Positions 43,327-52,279 of a stretch of DNA of 64,000 nucleotides are shown here, piece after piece. The number at the start of each line of letters is the position of its first letter. Position 1 is the first letter of the stretch. Location of the stretch: contig CAWELD010000003.1 in assembly GCA_963809895.1 (NCBI GenBank), forward strand, positions 2,240,001 through 2,304,000, written 5' to 3'. The notes beneath the pieces are model-generated. The model was not told where the DNA came from. It made no database searches and was given only the letters and a program-made list of their open reading frames with translations. Origin of the DNA: an uncultured Gemmatimonadales bacterium (lineage in GTDB: Bacteria > Gemmatimonadota > Gemmatimonadetes > Longimicrobiales > Gaopeijiaceae). The position numbers and the translations under genes are program-made.

Positions 43327-44279
43327 TCGCTCGCCTTCGAACCCGCGCCGCGTGGCTTCCGTCGGTGCTGACCCTGTGGGCGGCCCTGGCCTGTAGCGGC
43401 GAGCCCGCTCCGCCCGAGGCCGCCACCGACTCCGTGGCCGACTCGGCACCGGTTGCGCCGGCGATCGTGCGCAGCTTCGAGCGCGACGTGGTCTTCCTCA
43501 CCACTGCGCGGGACACCACGCTTCTGGTTCCGTGGCTGCTGGAGGCCACCACCGGGCCCGATGGCGTGGACCGCACCGCGCGCGCCTGGCTGCTCAGGGG
43601 CGGGGCCTGGGAACCGTTCCTGGACCAGCACTGGTCCACGCCTCCGACCCGCGTTCCGTGGCGCATCCTGCCCGTGGGCCCCCTGCATCTCGTAGTGGGA
43701 CCCGACGAAGCGCTGGAACGCCTGATCTTCGATGCGGCCCCCCGGGAGTTGGAGGTCGCCCTGGACGAGCCCCTGGTGGAATGGACGGGGCGCCAGGGGG
43801 AGGTCTTCCGGATCCTGGAGGGGGGCCTCCTCCTGGGCGGTCGTCGCTCGAGCGGCGTGGTCCTCGACCTGAGCCGGGGCGGAGAGTCCGACCGACCCCC
43901 GCCGGGCGACTGGGCCTTGCTGGTCTCGGGGGATTCCCTGCAGCTCGTGCTGCACGCCACGCCGGAGGACGGGGAGAATCTCTACGAGGGCTGGGCTCGT
44001 CTGGACTTCCGGGAGCTGAGCTTCCCGCAGCTGGAGGTGGCGTGGGCCGATGTGCGCGCCTTCGAGCGGGCGCGGCGCGACGTGCCCGTGGCCTGGACTC
44101 TCCAGGAAGAGAGCCCCAGCGTGCAGGGCCGGCTCGACGTGGTCACCGCCCACCTGGAGACCGGCGAAGGCGAAGGCCCGCTGCTCCCCGTGGATGCCCT
44201 GTTCGAGGTTTCGGGCAGCCTGACCCTGGAAGGGTCGGACTATCCTGTCCGGGGCCTGTTTCGACACACCCAGCGCTGA
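43323..44279 (+). CDS. Hypothetical beta-rich lipoprotein
   Basis: ALA-C lipobox, Trp-rich, coupled to neighbours. Confidence 0.75.
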   Translation: MIARLRTRAAWLPSVLTLWAALACSGEPAPPEAATDSVADSAPVAPAIVRSFERDVVFLTTARDTTLLVPWLLEATTGPDGVDRTARAWLLRGGAWEPFLDQHWSTPPTRVPWRILPVGPLHLVVGPDEALERLIFDAAPRELEVALDEPLVEWTGRQGEVFRILEGGLLLGGRRSSGVVLDLSRGGESDRPPPGDWALLVSGDSLQLVLHATPEDGENLYEGWARLDFRELSFPQLEVAWADVRAFERARRDVPVAWTLQEESPSVQGRLDVVTAHLETGEGEGPLLPVDALFEVSGSLTLEGSDYPVRGLFRHTQR

Positions 44280-44286
44280 GAAAGCC

Positions 44287-45855
44287 GTGTCCGACGAACT
44301 CGTGCGCGCCCTGGTGACGATCGTCTTCGGCGCCCTCGCCGGGGGTCTCACCAACACCATCGCCATCTGGATGCTCTTCCACCCCTACGAGCCTCCGCGC
44401 ATCGGGCGCTGGCGTCCCGGGTGGCTCCAGGGCGCGGTACCCAAGAACCAGGCGCGCCTGGCGGCGGCCATCGGGCGCACCGTGGGCAACCGACTGCTCA
44501 CGGCCGACGACCTGACCAGGATCTTCGCCCAGACCGAGTTCCGGAGTGCGTTCGACGAGCGTCTGGCGGCATTCCTGGACGAGATCCTGAACCACGAGAG
44601 GGGATCCGTCCGCGAGCTCCTGCCACCGGCCGTGCTACCGGAGGTGGAGGGCCTGGTGGCCGATGTCCTGGACCACAGCCTGGTGCGACTCCAGGGCTAT
44701 CTGGAGTCGGAGCGCTTCGAGCAGGCGGTGGGGCGGCGGGCCAACGAGATCGTGTCGGCGGTGGCCGACGAGCCGGTCGCCAACCTTCTCGGGGCGGAGC
44801 GTGAGGCGGTCCTCACCGAGGCGGTGGAGTCCTGGCTGGCGTCGGCGGTGGAGAGCGACGACTTCCGCCAGGCGCTGGACGACTACCTGCACCGGGTCAG
44901 CCACCGGCTGCTCGGACCCGATCGCACCTTCGAGGAGATCCTCCCGCTCGGGCTGGTGGGCTCGCTGGAGCACGCCATCAAGGGCTACCTGCCCCTGGCC
45001 ATCGAGCGCCTGGGCTCACTCCTGGAGGACCCCGCCGCGCGATCGCGCTTCGAAAGCGGCCTGCGCGAGCTCTTCCACCGCTTCCTGGGGGACCTGAAGT
45101 TCCACCAGCGGGTGGTGGCTCGACTCGTGGTCAACGACGAGACGCTGGAGCGGGTTCTCGACACCATCGAGGCCGAAGGAGCCGAGCGCCTCTCGGAGAT
45201 CCTGCGGGAACCCGCCGTTCAGGAGGCCATGGCCCGGGGCGTGAACGAGGCCATCGTGGACTTCCTGCGTCGCCCGGTGCAGTCGGTGCTGGGCGAGCCG
45301 GACTCCGCCGCGGTGGTGGAAGCCCGCGACACGCTGGCCGGCTGGATCATCAACATGGCGCGGGACCCACAGACCCGCACCTTCCTGGTCGCCAAGATGC
45401 GATCGGGTCTGGAGAAGGCCGGGGGCCACACCTGGGGCGACGTCTTCGAGCGCCTCCCCCCCGAACGCATCGCCGGATGGCTGGTGACCGCTGCCCGCAG
45501 CGAGGGAGCCTCACGCCTCTACGCCGAGGTGGCTCGCCGAGGCGCTGAAGCGCTCATGACCCGACCCATCGGCAGGCCGTCGAGCTGGCTCCCGGACCAG
45601 GCACCCCGACGCATCGAGGAAGGGCTGGGACCGGTGCTGTGGGACTGGCTCCAGACCCAGGTCCCCGACGTCATTCAACGCCTGGACGTGGCGCGCCGCG
45701 TGGAGGAAAAGGTGATGGACTTCCCCACGCCGCGCATGGAAGAGCTGGTGCGACGGGTCACGGACCGTGAGCTGCGCCTCATCGTCCACCTGGGGTACGT
45801 GCTGGGGGCGTTCGTCGGGGTGGTGCTGGTGCTGGTGAACGCCCTGCTGCCCTGA
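44287..45855 (+). CDS. DUF445-family membrane protein
   Basis: GGLTNTIAIWMLFHP...QGAVPK N-terminus and ELRLIVHLGYVLG C-terminus around a long helical region. Confidence 0.88.
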   Translation: MSDELVRALVTIVFGALAGGLTNTIAIWMLFHPYEPPRIGRWRPGWLQGAVPKNQARLAAAIGRTVGNRLLTADDLTRIFAQTEFRSAFDERLAAFLDEILNHERGSVRELLPPAVLPEVEGLVADVLDHSLVRLQGYLESERFEQAVGRRANEIVSAVADEPVANLLGAEREAVLTEAVESWLASAVESDDFRQALDDYLHRVSHRLLGPDRTFEEILPLGLVGSLEHAIKGYLPLAIERLGSLLEDPAARSRFESGLRELFHRFLGDLKFHQRVVARLVVNDETLERVLDTIEAEGAERLSEILREPAVQEAMARGVNEAIVDFLRRPVQSVLGEPDSAAVVEARDTLAGWIINMARDPQTRTFLVAKMRSGLEKAGGHTWGDVFERLPPERIAGWLVTAARSEGASRLYAEVARRGAEALMTRPIGRPSSWLPDQAPRRIEEGLGPVLWDWLQTQVPDVIQRLDVARRVEEKVMDFPTPRMEELVRRVTDRELRLIVHLGYVLGAFVGVVLVLVNALLP

Positions 45856-45873
45856 CGAAACCGGATCACCCCG

Positions 45874-46122
45874 TCAGTCGTCCGGAGGCGACTCCGGCGC
45901 GGCGGTGCGGAAGTGGTGCCGTTGGCGCCGACGCTCCGAGCCCCGTTCTTCCTTCCGGAACCAGTCCAGGGGCGTGAAGTGCCGCTTGACCGTGTTGCGG
46001 CGGGCGCCGCCGCGCTCCATGGCGCGATTGAGGTCGTCGGTGGTCTGGGTGTAGCGGCCAGGGAGCCCGAGCCAGATACCCAGTGCCAGAGCCAGCACGC
46101 CGAGGATGATCTTGATGAGCAT
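45874..46122 (-). CDS. Small membrane-anchored hypothetical protein
   Basis: N-terminal TM helix, basic tail, GC3-rich codons. Confidence 0.65.
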   Translation of the reverse strand: MLIKIILGVLALALGIWLGLPGRYTQTTDDLNRAMERGGARRNTVKRHFTPLDWFRKEERGSERRRQRHHFRTAAPESPPDD

Positions 46123-46130
46123 GTCTCATG

Positions 46131-46173
46131 AAAAACCGGGGCGGCCGCCGGGTTCCCTCCCGACGGCCGCCCC
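46131..46173 (-). terminator. Rho-independent terminator
   Basis: 15-bp stem 46138-46152/46159-46173 followed by GGTTTTT on the minus strand. Confidence 0.8.
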
Positions 46174-46203
46174 CATGGCTTCGAGCCGGGGCTCGGCGAG
46201 CCG

Positions 46204-46353
46204 CTAACGCTTCTTGAACGACTCCATGGCCAGAATGCCCACACCCACCGAAAGCATGATGGCGACGATGTTGGTGCCCACGGCCACCATGCCCACGACA
46301 GTCCAGAAGACGAGGTGGATGAAGAGGTAGCCACCGGGGACCAGATTGCGCAT
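46204..46353 (-). CDS. 49-aa hydrophobic small protein (not in ORF track)
   Basis: MRNLVPGGYLFIHLVFWTVVGMVAVGTNIVAIMLSVGVGILAMESFKKR*. GAGGTG RBS 7 nt upstream; own promoter and terminator. Confidence 0.78.
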   Translation of the reverse strand: MRNLVPGGYLFIHLVFWTVVGMVAVGTNIVAIMLSVGVGILAMESFKKR

Positions 46354-46393
46354 CGCTCGTCACCTCGAGAAGGGGTTTTCGTTGAAGCGCCGT

Positions 46394-46422
46394 ATTGTAG
46401 CGACCGCGCCGGCGTCAGTCCA
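46394..46422 (-). promoter_or_regulatory. sigma70-type promoter for the small protein
   Basis: TGGACT(46422-17)-N17-TACAAT(46399-94). Confidence 0.62.
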
Positions 46423-46909
46423 CCGGCGGTGCGCCGTCCCGCGGCAAGTGGGTCTGCTCGTAGCGTTTCCGCGCCTCCGACAGGTAGGCCATCTTGAGCC
46501 CCAGCAGATGGCTCACCTTGCGCATGAGGTAGTCCTCACGGTTGGACAGCTTGCCGTCGGAGTAGACGAGCCCCCACATGACTTCCACCAGCACCATCTT
46601 CTGGCCCAGCGAGTAGTTCTCGCGGATGAGGTTGGTGAACTGGAAGAGGTCCGTGGCCGTCTGGCGCGCTCGCTCCGCGTAGCGCAGCAGCTCGTCCACC
46701 TGTTCCCGGCCGAGCCCGAAGTGGCGGCGAATGGCGCCCCTGATGTGGCGCCGCTCGTCGTCGGAGAAGTCGTCGTCCACATGCGCGAGCTCCAGCAGGA
46801 GCGCGCACGCGGCCAGGCGTACCTCGCGGTCTCGGCTCTCGGGCTCCGGCTCCTCCTCGGGCATCATGGAGGAGCGGAAGAACGATTTCAGGGCCTCGAG
46901 CATGGCCAC
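46415..46909 (-). CDS. TerB-family protein
   Basis: LAACALLLELAHVD, DLFQFT, MWGLVYSDG...E...RKVSHLLG. Confidence 0.88.
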   Translation of the reverse strand: MAMLEALKSFFRSSMMPEEEPEPESRDREVRLAACALLLELAHVDDDFSDDERRHIRGAIRRHFGLGREQVDELLRYAERARQTATDLFQFTNLIRENYSLGQKMVLVEVMWGLVYSDGKLSNREDYLMRKVSHLLGLKMAYLSEARKRYEQTHLPRDGAPPVD

Positions 46910-46966
46910 CTCGTGCGAAGCTGAAGGGCGTGATCGGCCGCGGCTGGATGGGTCGAATCTAACAGG

Positions 46967-48664
46967 TCACGGGGCGGGAAGCGCCCGGATACGCCGGATT
47001 CCGGCCCGCAGCGGAAGCCAGATGGCGCCGCCCGTAACCAGCGCGGCCCCGGCGAATCCGGCGGCCACGGGCAGCCAGCCCGGCCCCCCTCCCCGCAGGC
47101 GCCCGCGCAGGAAGAGCCATACCGGCCACGCTTCGAGCGCGACCACGGCCCCCAGGTAGAGCACGGCGGCCATCATGAAGAGCAGGCCCCCGAACGAGGT
47201 GGGGATCTCGGCGACGTTCTCCGTCTCGTAGTTGGGATAGAGCGCGCCGAACCCCAGGGCCAGCGCCGTCAGGGCGAGGGTCATGAACACCATGGTCACG
47301 GTGGTGGCCCCGAGAATGAACGGCGAGGCGCGCATGAACAGGTTCGTGACCACGATGAGGGGAAGCGCGATGCACAGCAACGGGAGCGTCCCCACCCAGT
47401 ACTTGGACCAGAACACGGACTCGATGCGCGTGGGCGAGGAGCGCAGCAGCCACATCATGCGCCCCTCCAGCGACATGGCCGGAAAGACGAAGCGGGCCGC
47501 GATGGCGGCCACCACGAAGCCCGCCAGCCCCAGGTTCAGGAACGCCACCAGGTTGATGAGAAAGAAGGAGAGCTGCTCCCCGGTGTAGAGGGGCAGCTGC
47601 TGGATGTTGTAGACGTACACCACCACCAGGACCGCCAGCAGGATGAGCTGGGACCACTGGGTCGTGTCCCGGAAGAAGACGCGGACCTCTTTCTGGACGA
47701 GCTGGCGGGTGGCGGGGGCCAGCCGGGACAGCAGGACCTCCAGTCCGCGGGCGCGCCGGCGCCCGTGGCGACGCTCGGCACCCTCCTGGGCCCGGGTGAA
47801 GCCCGGGGCGTGGAAGCGCCCGTGCAGCGTGGCCCCGAGGACCACGAAGGCGGCCGCCGTGCTCACCAGCAGGACGAGGGGGAAGGGATCGAAGACGCCG
47901 TTCAGCCAGCCCATGAGGGTGTCGGTCACCCATTGGCTGGGGAGCCAGGGCGAGGTCGGCGTGCGCAGCACTCCGACGAAGTCCACCAGGCTGCGGAACT
48001 CCTCGGGCCGCACCAGCCGCTCGGGACGGAGGAAGCGGAACAGCGCCACCACACCGGCCGCCGACAAGAGGGCGATGAGCGCCAGCAAGTCCCGGGTGCG
48101 GCGGGCCGGGAACACGTTGACCAACAGGAGGGTGAACGCCGCTCCCACCACGGCCGGGAGTACCAGGAAGGCGGCGGTGGCCACCAGCGCCACCAGATAG
48201 AACCCCGCTCCGGCCGCGTACACGAACCCGTACGCCGCCAGCAGGGGAATCGCCATGAGGGCCACCATCCACGACGAGTCCGCCACCGTCTCGGCCAGGC
48301 GCGCCCCGTAGAGCTCGGCACCCCCCACCGGTGCCGCCATGAGCAGCTCGAGATCGTCGGCGAGGAAGAAGGTGCTGAGGGCGGTGATGACGTTGGAGAG
48401 GAGCAGGATGCCCAGGAAGGTGAGAAAGGCGATGCCCAGCAGCTTGCCCGCCAGCAGGTCGCCGATGCCCTGCGTGCCCCGGAAGTAGAGGAGCATGCGG
48501 GTGATGACGGCGAAGACGAATCCCCAGAAGAGAAGGCCCACGAACCCCAGCAGCAGGCCCTTGAAGAGGCGACCCTCACCGCCCCTGAGCTTGTTGCGGC
48601 GCGTGCGCCACTTGGGCCCCAGCAGGGTGGCGACGCCGGCCGTTCCGGCGCTGCCCCCGCTCAC
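46967..48664 (-). CDS. Putative ABC exporter permease
   Basis: Many TM helices. DLELLMAAP, KEVRVFFRD, ARFVFPAMSLEG. Coupled to the ATPase. Confidence 0.82.
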   Translation of the reverse strand: MSGGSAGTAGVATLLGPKWRTRRNKLRGGEGRLFKGLLLGFVGLLFWGFVFAVITRMLLYFRGTQGIGDLLAGKLLGIAFLTFLGILLLSNVITALSTFFLADDLELLMAAPVGGAELYGARLAETVADSSWMVALMAIPLLAAYGFVYAAGAGFYLVALVATAAFLVLPAVVGAAFTLLLVNVFPARRTRDLLALIALLSAAGVVALFRFLRPERLVRPEEFRSLVDFVGVLRTPTSPWLPSQWVTDTLMGWLNGVFDPFPLVLLVSTAAAFVVLGATLHGRFHAPGFTRAQEGAERRHGRRRARGLEVLLSRLAPATRQLVQKEVRVFFRDTTQWSQLILLAVLVVVYVYNIQQLPLYTGEQLSFFLINLVAFLNLGLAGFVVAAIAARFVFPAMSLEGRMMWLLRSSPTRIESVFWSKYWVGTLPLLCIALPLIVVTNLFMRASPFILGATTVTMVFMTLALTALALGFGALYPNYETENVAEIPTSFGGLLFMMAAVLYLGAVVALEAWPVWLFLRGRLRGGGPGWLPVAAGFAGAALVTGGAIWLPLRAGIRRIRALPAP

Positions 48665-49437
48665 GTGTCGCCGTCCCGCAGCGCCGACACCACGTCGGCC
48701 ACGGCCCCTCCCCCGGTGACCTTGAGGAAGATCTCCTCCAGGTGAGCCGCTCCGAGCCGGGCTTCTTCGCGGAGCTCGTCCATGGTTCCCAGCGCCCGCA
48801 CGCGGCCCGCCGACAGGATCGCGATGCGGTCGCAGAGCGCCTCGGCCACCTCGAGGGTGTGGGTGGAGAGGAAGACCGAGCCGCCGTCGTCGGCGAAGGT
48901 CCTCAACAGCTCTTTGAGGATGCGGGCGGCGCGAGGGTCCAAGCCCACCATGGGCTCGTCCACGACCACCAGGGCCGGCCGATGCAGGAGCGCCGAGGTG
49001 ATGAGGAGCTTCTGGCGCATCCCGTGCGAGTAGCTCTCCACCAGCTCGTCCTTCCAGTCGGCGAGGCTGAAGAGCCCGAGCAGCCGATCGGCCCGCGCCT
49101 CCACGGCGGCCCCCCCTTCACCCCACAAACCCGCCACGAAGCGCAGGAACTCGGCTCCGGTGAGCTTCTCGTAGAGGAACGGTCGATCCGGGATGTAGCC
49201 CACCCGGCGCTTGGCTTCGCGGGGACTCCGCTGCAGGTCCACGCCGTCCACCAGGACCCGGCCGGCGCTGGGCTGGAGGACCCCGGCCACCATGCGGATC
49301 GTGGTGGTCTTGCCGGCTCCGTTGGGGCCGAGGAAGCCGAAGATCTCGCCCCGGGGTACCTCCAGATCCAGGCCGTCCACCGCGGTGAAGGAGCCGTAGC
49401 GCTTGGTGAGTCCTTCCATCCGCAGCATGGCGCTCAC
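48661..49437 (-). CDS. ABC transporter ATP-binding protein
   Basis: GPNGAGKTT, YSHGMRQ, VVDEPMVGLD, STH. Confidence 0.93.
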   Translation of the reverse strand: MSAMLRMEGLTKRYGSFTAVDGLDLEVPRGEIFGFLGPNGAGKTTTIRMVAGVLQPSAGRVLVDGVDLQRSPREAKRRVGYIPDRPFLYEKLTGAEFLRFVAGLWGEGGAAVEARADRLLGLFSLADWKDELVESYSHGMRQKLLITSALLHRPALVVVDEPMVGLDPRAARILKELLRTFADDGGSVFLSTHTLEVAEALCDRIAILSAGRVRALGTMDELREEARLGAAHLEEIFLKVTGGGAVADVVSALRDGDT

Positions 49438-50999
49438 CGGGGGGCCTCCGGATCCACGACGTCGATGTCCAGCCGCCCGATGAGGCGGAGGAGCTCCACC
49501 TGCTCCGCCAGGCCACCCACCAGGAAGCGGATGTGGGCGGCATCGGCGGGCGCCTGACCGAAGGTGGGATCCACCGCGACCCAGCGGCCCAGCCACACCT
49601 CCGGCCAGGCATGGTAGTAGAAGGCGCCGTCCACGTAGACCAGTCCCACGGCGGTGCGGGCCGGCAGGCCCAGGGCCCGGGCCAGAGCCACGTACAGGAC
49701 CGTGTGCTCGTTGCAGTCGCCCTGGCCCGACGCCAGCACCTGCAGCGCGCTGGGCACCGAGAAGGTGATCTCCTTCTTCAGCCGGTCGTACACGCCGTTC
49801 GTCAGCATCTCCGCCGCCCGGCGGGGATCGTCCGTGCCCCGGTAGCGCCGGTGCGTCATGGCCCGGGCGACCTCGATGATCCGGGGGTCGTCGCTCTGGA
49901 TCAACGGCTCCGGCTCCAGCGCCTCTCTCAGATCCATGCGCTTGTACGGCAGCGTGTAGCCCGCCTCCAACGCGTCCCAGCCTTCGCGTCGCACCACGAG
50001 GGTGTCGCCGTGGAGCCGCTGGCGACCCCCGTCGAGATCGAAGCCGGCCAGCTCCACCCCCTTCAGGACGAAGCGGAGCTCCCCACGGCTCTCCACGTCG
50101 TCCAGCGGCACGTCGCTCTGGATGGCGGTGGCCAGGATCACGTCGTCGTCCACCGCCGCCGCGCCCTGCGTGCGGCTGTCCTCCAACGCCTGACGAGCCA
50201 GCTCGAACTCGGTGCGCTCCATGGAGAATCCCAGCGGCGACGTGGCGCGCAGAACGCGGCCGTCCCCGTCGATCCAGCTCTCCATGGAGACGCCACCGAA
50301 CACCTCGGCGATGCGCCACGCCGGCACGGAATCCCATCCCGCGGTGCTCCAGCGGCCATCGTCTCCCATGACCACGCTGTCGGGAATGGCCAGCGTGTCG
50401 TGCTCGAGAACCCGCACCTCCACCGTGCGCGTGGACAGCGTCGAAGGGTCGAACACGGGAAGCCGGAGCCGCTTGCCCACCTCCAGCCCCTCACCCAGAG
50501 CCACCCGGATGGGGACCACGGCCGAGAACACCGGTGGCGAAGCCATGCGGAAGCTCAGCGTCTCGGCGTCGGGCGCGCTACCGAGGTGCACCTCCAGGAG
50601 CGTGTCGCCCCGTACGTCACCGTCGGCCTGGAAGCGGCCCACGTCGGAATCGAGGGAGAACTGGAAGCGGTCCATGCGCAGCGCCGAGTCCAGCTCCACC
50701 CGCGTGCGCACCACGGCGTTGCCCGTCCGGCCCAACGCCGGCAGCTCCAGGATCATGCGATCCTCGAGCTGGAATCCCCCGTCTACCGTGTCCAACGACG
50801 AGGTGGCCTGCCCCACCGCCCGCTCACCCATGCGCAGCGTGTAGAAGGTGACGCCGGGATCCAGGGTGAGCGCCGCTTCGGCCAGACGCGCGGTGGCAGG
50901 CCGCCCGTACTCGCGCCGGGCGTGCAGGCTCAGCACCACCAGCCACACCGCCACCACGGCCGTGCCCAGGACCCTGCGACGGCGCCCGGCGGACTCCAA
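49434..50999 (-). CDS. Transglutaminase-like domain protein, N-terminally anchored
   Basis: N-terminal TM. Intact Cys-His-Asp triad pattern GDCNEH, YHAWPEV, VDPTF. Confidence 0.9.
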   Translation of the reverse strand: MESAGRRRRVLGTAVVAVWLVVLSLHARREYGRPATARLAEAALTLDPGVTFYTLRMGERAVGQATSSLDTVDGGFQLEDRMILELPALGRTGNAVVRTRVELDSALRMDRFQFSLDSDVGRFQADGDVRGDTLLEVHLGSAPDAETLSFRMASPPVFSAVVPIRVALGEGLEVGKRLRLPVFDPSTLSTRTVEVRVLEHDTLAIPDSVVMGDDGRWSTAGWDSVPAWRIAEVFGGVSMESWIDGDGRVLRATSPLGFSMERTEFELARQALEDSRTQGAAAVDDDVILATAIQSDVPLDDVESRGELRFVLKGVELAGFDLDGGRQRLHGDTLVVRREGWDALEAGYTLPYKRMDLREALEPEPLIQSDDPRIIEVARAMTHRRYRGTDDPRRAAEMLTNGVYDRLKKEITFSVPSALQVLASGQGDCNEHTVLYVALARALGLPARTAVGLVYVDGAFYYHAWPEVWLGRWVAVDPTFGQAPADAAHIRFLVGGLAEQVELLRLIGRLDIDVVDPEAPR

Positions 51000-51002
51000 A
51001 GG

Positions 51003-51521
51003 TCAGTCCGAAGGGCGCAGGGGTGCGAGCGCCCGATCGAAGATGTCGCGCTCGTAGTCGTTCTCCACCACGACCACCACCTCGTCCAGGCCTCCTTCAC
51101 CGGTGGCGGGGTGTGTCGCCAGCACCTCGGCCAGCAGACGCGCCGCCTCTTCGGCCTCCAGAGCGCCGGCGCCCACGCCCAGCGGGGGGAGCGCCAGGCT
51201 GCGCAGCCCCCAGTCGGCCGCCCGGGCCAGCCCCTGCTCCAGGGCCCGGCGCACGCTGGCGCGGCTCACGGGCTCCTCCGACGATTGCACCACGAAGTGC
51301 AGGAGGTACGGCACCGGCAGCGATCCACCCGGCGTGAGCACCGCGCCGCCCAGGGGAATCTCGCCCAGGGATCCGAGCTGCCGGGCCACCGAAGGACCGG
51401 CGGCCAGCTCCAGCCTACGGCCTGCCGGCGTGATGGACGCGCCGTCGGTACGGGCCGCGCGGACCACCACGTCGACGCCGGCGTCGTGCAGTTCCCCAAC
51501 CTGGACACGCACCACCGTCAT
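51003..51521 (-). CDS. Macro domain protein (divergent)
   Basis: VQVGEL...VDVV, GGAVLTPGGSL...LLH, SLALPPLGVGAG. Confidence 0.8.
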   Translation of the reverse strand: MTVVRVQVGELHDAGVDVVVRAARTDGASITPAGRRLELAAGPSVARQLGSLGEIPLGGAVLTPGGSLPVPYLLHFVVQSSEEPVSRASVRRALEQGLARAADWGLRSLALPPLGVGAGALEAEEAARLLAEVLATHPATGEGGLDEVVVVVENDYERDIFDRALAPLRPSD

Positions 51522-52225
51522 CGCCCGGACAGCTCCCGTGCGCGCCGGTACATGCGGGCCGCCTGCTGCGGTAGATGCTGCCGGTCGAACAGGATCCCCA
51601 GCGTGTGGTACGGCCGGGGGTCGTCAGGACGAAGGCGGGCAGCCTCGTGGAGCACCTCCATGGCCTCCTCCACCCGGCCCAGGCGATTCAACGCCTCTCC
51701 GCGGTAGAAGTGCGCGTCGGCGTGCTGCGGCTCGTCGAAGCAGACCTTGCGCAGCTCGACCTCGGCCTCGGCGTACAGCCCGCGCCGGAAGAGGACCATG
51801 CCCAGCGCCGCGCGCACCTCCACCGACTCCGGCTGCAGGCGTTGCGCACGCCGCAGCTCCCGCTCCGCGTCGTCGAAGCGGCCCATGGCACCCAGCAACG
51901 ACGCCACCCGGGCCACCACGACGGGATTCTCCATCTCCAGGCGGAGGGCTTCGTCCAACGCCTGGCGGGCCCGGTCGTGCGAGCCACGGGCCACCAGCGA
52001 CTCGGCCCGCTCCAGGGCCGCATCGGCCGGGCCGGCGCGCGGCGGGGTCCGCGGCTCCGGGGGCGGCGGCGGGGATGGCGACGCCTCGCCCGCAGGCTCG
52101 GGCGGATCGCGAGGCGACCGGGCCTCGCGCGGCGAAGCTCCGTCGCCCGGCGTGCCCGAGCCTCCCGATCCGTTTCCCAGCAATTCGGCCTGATCGCCGA
52201 ATCCGTCTCCGTGAGGGCCCTTCAT
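51518..52225 (-). CDS. Tetratricopeptide repeat protein
   Basis: Several TPR units (e.g. AHFYRGEALNRLGRVEEA) after a Pro-rich N-terminus. Confidence 0.85.
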   Translation of the reverse strand: MKGPHGDGFGDQAELLGNGSGGSGTPGDGASPREARSPRDPPEPAGEASPSPPPPPEPRTPPRAGPADAALERAESLVARGSHDRARQALDEALRLEMENPVVVARVASLLGAMGRFDDAERELRRAQRLQPESVEVRAALGMVLFRRGLYAEAEVELRKVCFDEPQHADAHFYRGEALNRLGRVEEAMEVLHEAARLRPDDPRPYHTLGILFDRQHLPQQAARMYRRARELSGR

Positions 52226-52279
52226 CCTGCGTCCACTCCTCCACCGGCCCGTCTCTAAGGGCGAGCAGCATGCGTCGTG

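Noticed and set aside
46415..52225. Anti-phage defence island (macrodomain, TerB, TPR)
   Set aside because: No toxin, nuclease, NTPase effector or mobility gene. Composition matches the surrounding genes and the context looks like core chromosome.
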